Made by a program: the position numbers and the translations under genes
DNA from: an uncultured Alphaproteobacteria bacterium
GTDB taxonomy: Bacteria; Pseudomonadota; Alphaproteobacteria; SHVP01
Length of the DNA stretch: 63,831 bases
Direction of reading: 5' to 3'
Assembly (NCBI GenBank): GCA_964611585.1
Contig: CAZTAK010000002.1
Coordinates: 9,563 to 73,393, forward strand
Part shown: positions 63,081 through 63,831 of the stretch, in pieces
How the letters are laid out: the number at the start of each line of letters is the position of its first letter
How positions within the stretch are numbered: position 1 is the first letter of the stretch
The notes under the pieces: generated by a model
The model's input: the letters and a program-made list of their open reading frames with translations, nothing else
Told to the model about the DNA's origin: nothing
The model's database searches: none

Positions 63081-63831
63081 TCAGCGATCGGTCGGCGTGA
63101 ACCAATCTTCCGCCGCCAGGCCATCCCAGATTTTCTGCACCGCGCGTCCGCCCGCGGCATCGACCTTGAGCGGATCGTCGACGATCAGCTGGCCGTCGGC
63201 GACCTGGACCAAACCGTCGGTCATAACGTGGCGCACCGAAAGGCCATGGCCGTAAAGCAGATTGTTGAGCGGTTCGGGCGGCAGCGCCCCGGTCCCGACC
63301 AGGGGCCCGGTCACGTCGATGGTCGTGAGATCGGCCTTGGCGCCCGGCTCGATGCGGCCGAGATCGGGACGCCTGAGGCCGTCGGCGGCTACCCGCGTCG
63401 CCCCGTCGATGGCCGCCCAGATGGTCGGCTTTTTCATCGCCACGGGGTTGGTATCCTTGATCAGGGACATCCGCGCCTGACCGTAGATCACCGCGAGCTT
63501 CATGTTCTCGACATAGTCGTTCGAGTGCGTGTCGATGCCGATATTGACGTTCATGCCTGCCGCCAGAGCCTCCGGGTAGGGTTGGGTGCCGCCGCCGGCA
63601 CCGCCGCCCGACGGACAATGCGCGTAAACCGCGCCGTGGCGATTGAGGATCTCGGGGTCGGTCGCCCAATCGAGTCCGCCCATATGGGCGCCGAAAACCG
63701 GCACGTCGAAGATGCCGTTCTGTTCCAGCCACTGCACCGGGGTCTTGCGCCACAAGCGCTTTACGGTGGCGGCTTCGCGGCCCGACTGCGCCAGATGAAT
63801 GTGAATACCGTTGCCGAGTTCGAGGGCGGCC
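63081..63831 (-). CDS. amidohydrolase family protein (partial; N-terminus beyond the window edge)
   Basis: The frame stays open to the window end (…GNGIHIHLAQS… upstream of the first listed Met). The C-terminal region (…GIDTHSNDY…, …RIEPGAKADLTTIDV…) is typical of metal-dependent amidohydrolase / chlorohydrolase-type enzymes. Confidence 0.75.
   Translation of the reverse strand, partial: AALELGNGIHIHLAQSGREAATVKRLWRKTPVQWLEQNGIFDVPVFGAHMGGLDWATDPEILNRHGAVYAHCPSGGGAGGGTQPYPEALAAGMNVNIGIDTHSNDYVENMKLAVIYGQARMSLIKDTNPVAMKKPTIWAAIDGATRVAADGLRRPDLGRIEPGAKADLTTIDVTGPLVGTGALPPEPLNNLLYGHGLSVRHVMTDGLVQVADGQLIVDDPLKVDAAGGRAVQKIWDGLAAEDWFTPTDR

Overview
This is a high-GC alphaproteobacterial chromosomal segment made almost entirely of conserved housekeeping genes, most of them on the minus strand. 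All calls come from reading the supplied translations and the raw sequence. No database or HMM search was possible.

Gene content in window order:
- gltX and gltA on the plus strand.
- A long envelope and translation block: lpxB-lpxI-lpxA-fabZ-lpxD-skp-bamA-rseP-dxr-cdsA-uppS-frr-pyrH-tsf-rpsB.
- dnaE, an O-methyltransferase, and proS with the lolC/E and lolD genes.
- A higBA toxin-antitoxin pair and a secreted hypothetical protein.
- DUF1467-mce-rnj-coaX-birA, directly downstream of a complete 14-gene nuoA-N operon.
- tRNA-Asp, a small low-GC islet, a two-gene uncharacterised cassette, and tRNA-Val.
- hupB-lon-clpX-clpP-tig and tRNA-Leu.
- A more accessory right end: a FecR-cyclophilin fusion, malonyl-CoA decarboxylase, nnr, a methyltransferase, an amidase and a partial amidohydrolase.

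Many adjacent genes overlap by 1 or 4 nt (ATGA or TGATG), which suggests translational coupling. I saw no rRNA, CRISPR array, transposase, integrase or phage genes.

I did not find a convincing novel multi-gene system. The most unusual signals are small-scale:
- Three diverged duplications sit exactly at the 3-prime flanks of genes and look like recombination scars. One leaves a stranded 30-codon copy of the nnr C-terminus just after the malonyl-CoA decarboxylase gene.
- A textbook orphan intrinsic terminator lies in an AT-rich intergenic region, suggesting a candidate sRNA.
- A chain of mutually exclusive stem-loops lies upstream of the FecR-cyclophilin gene.
- Two short ORFs, of 26 and 64 codons, show coding-like periodicity.
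- Trigger factor and ribosomal protein S2 both carry low-complexity C-terminal tails.
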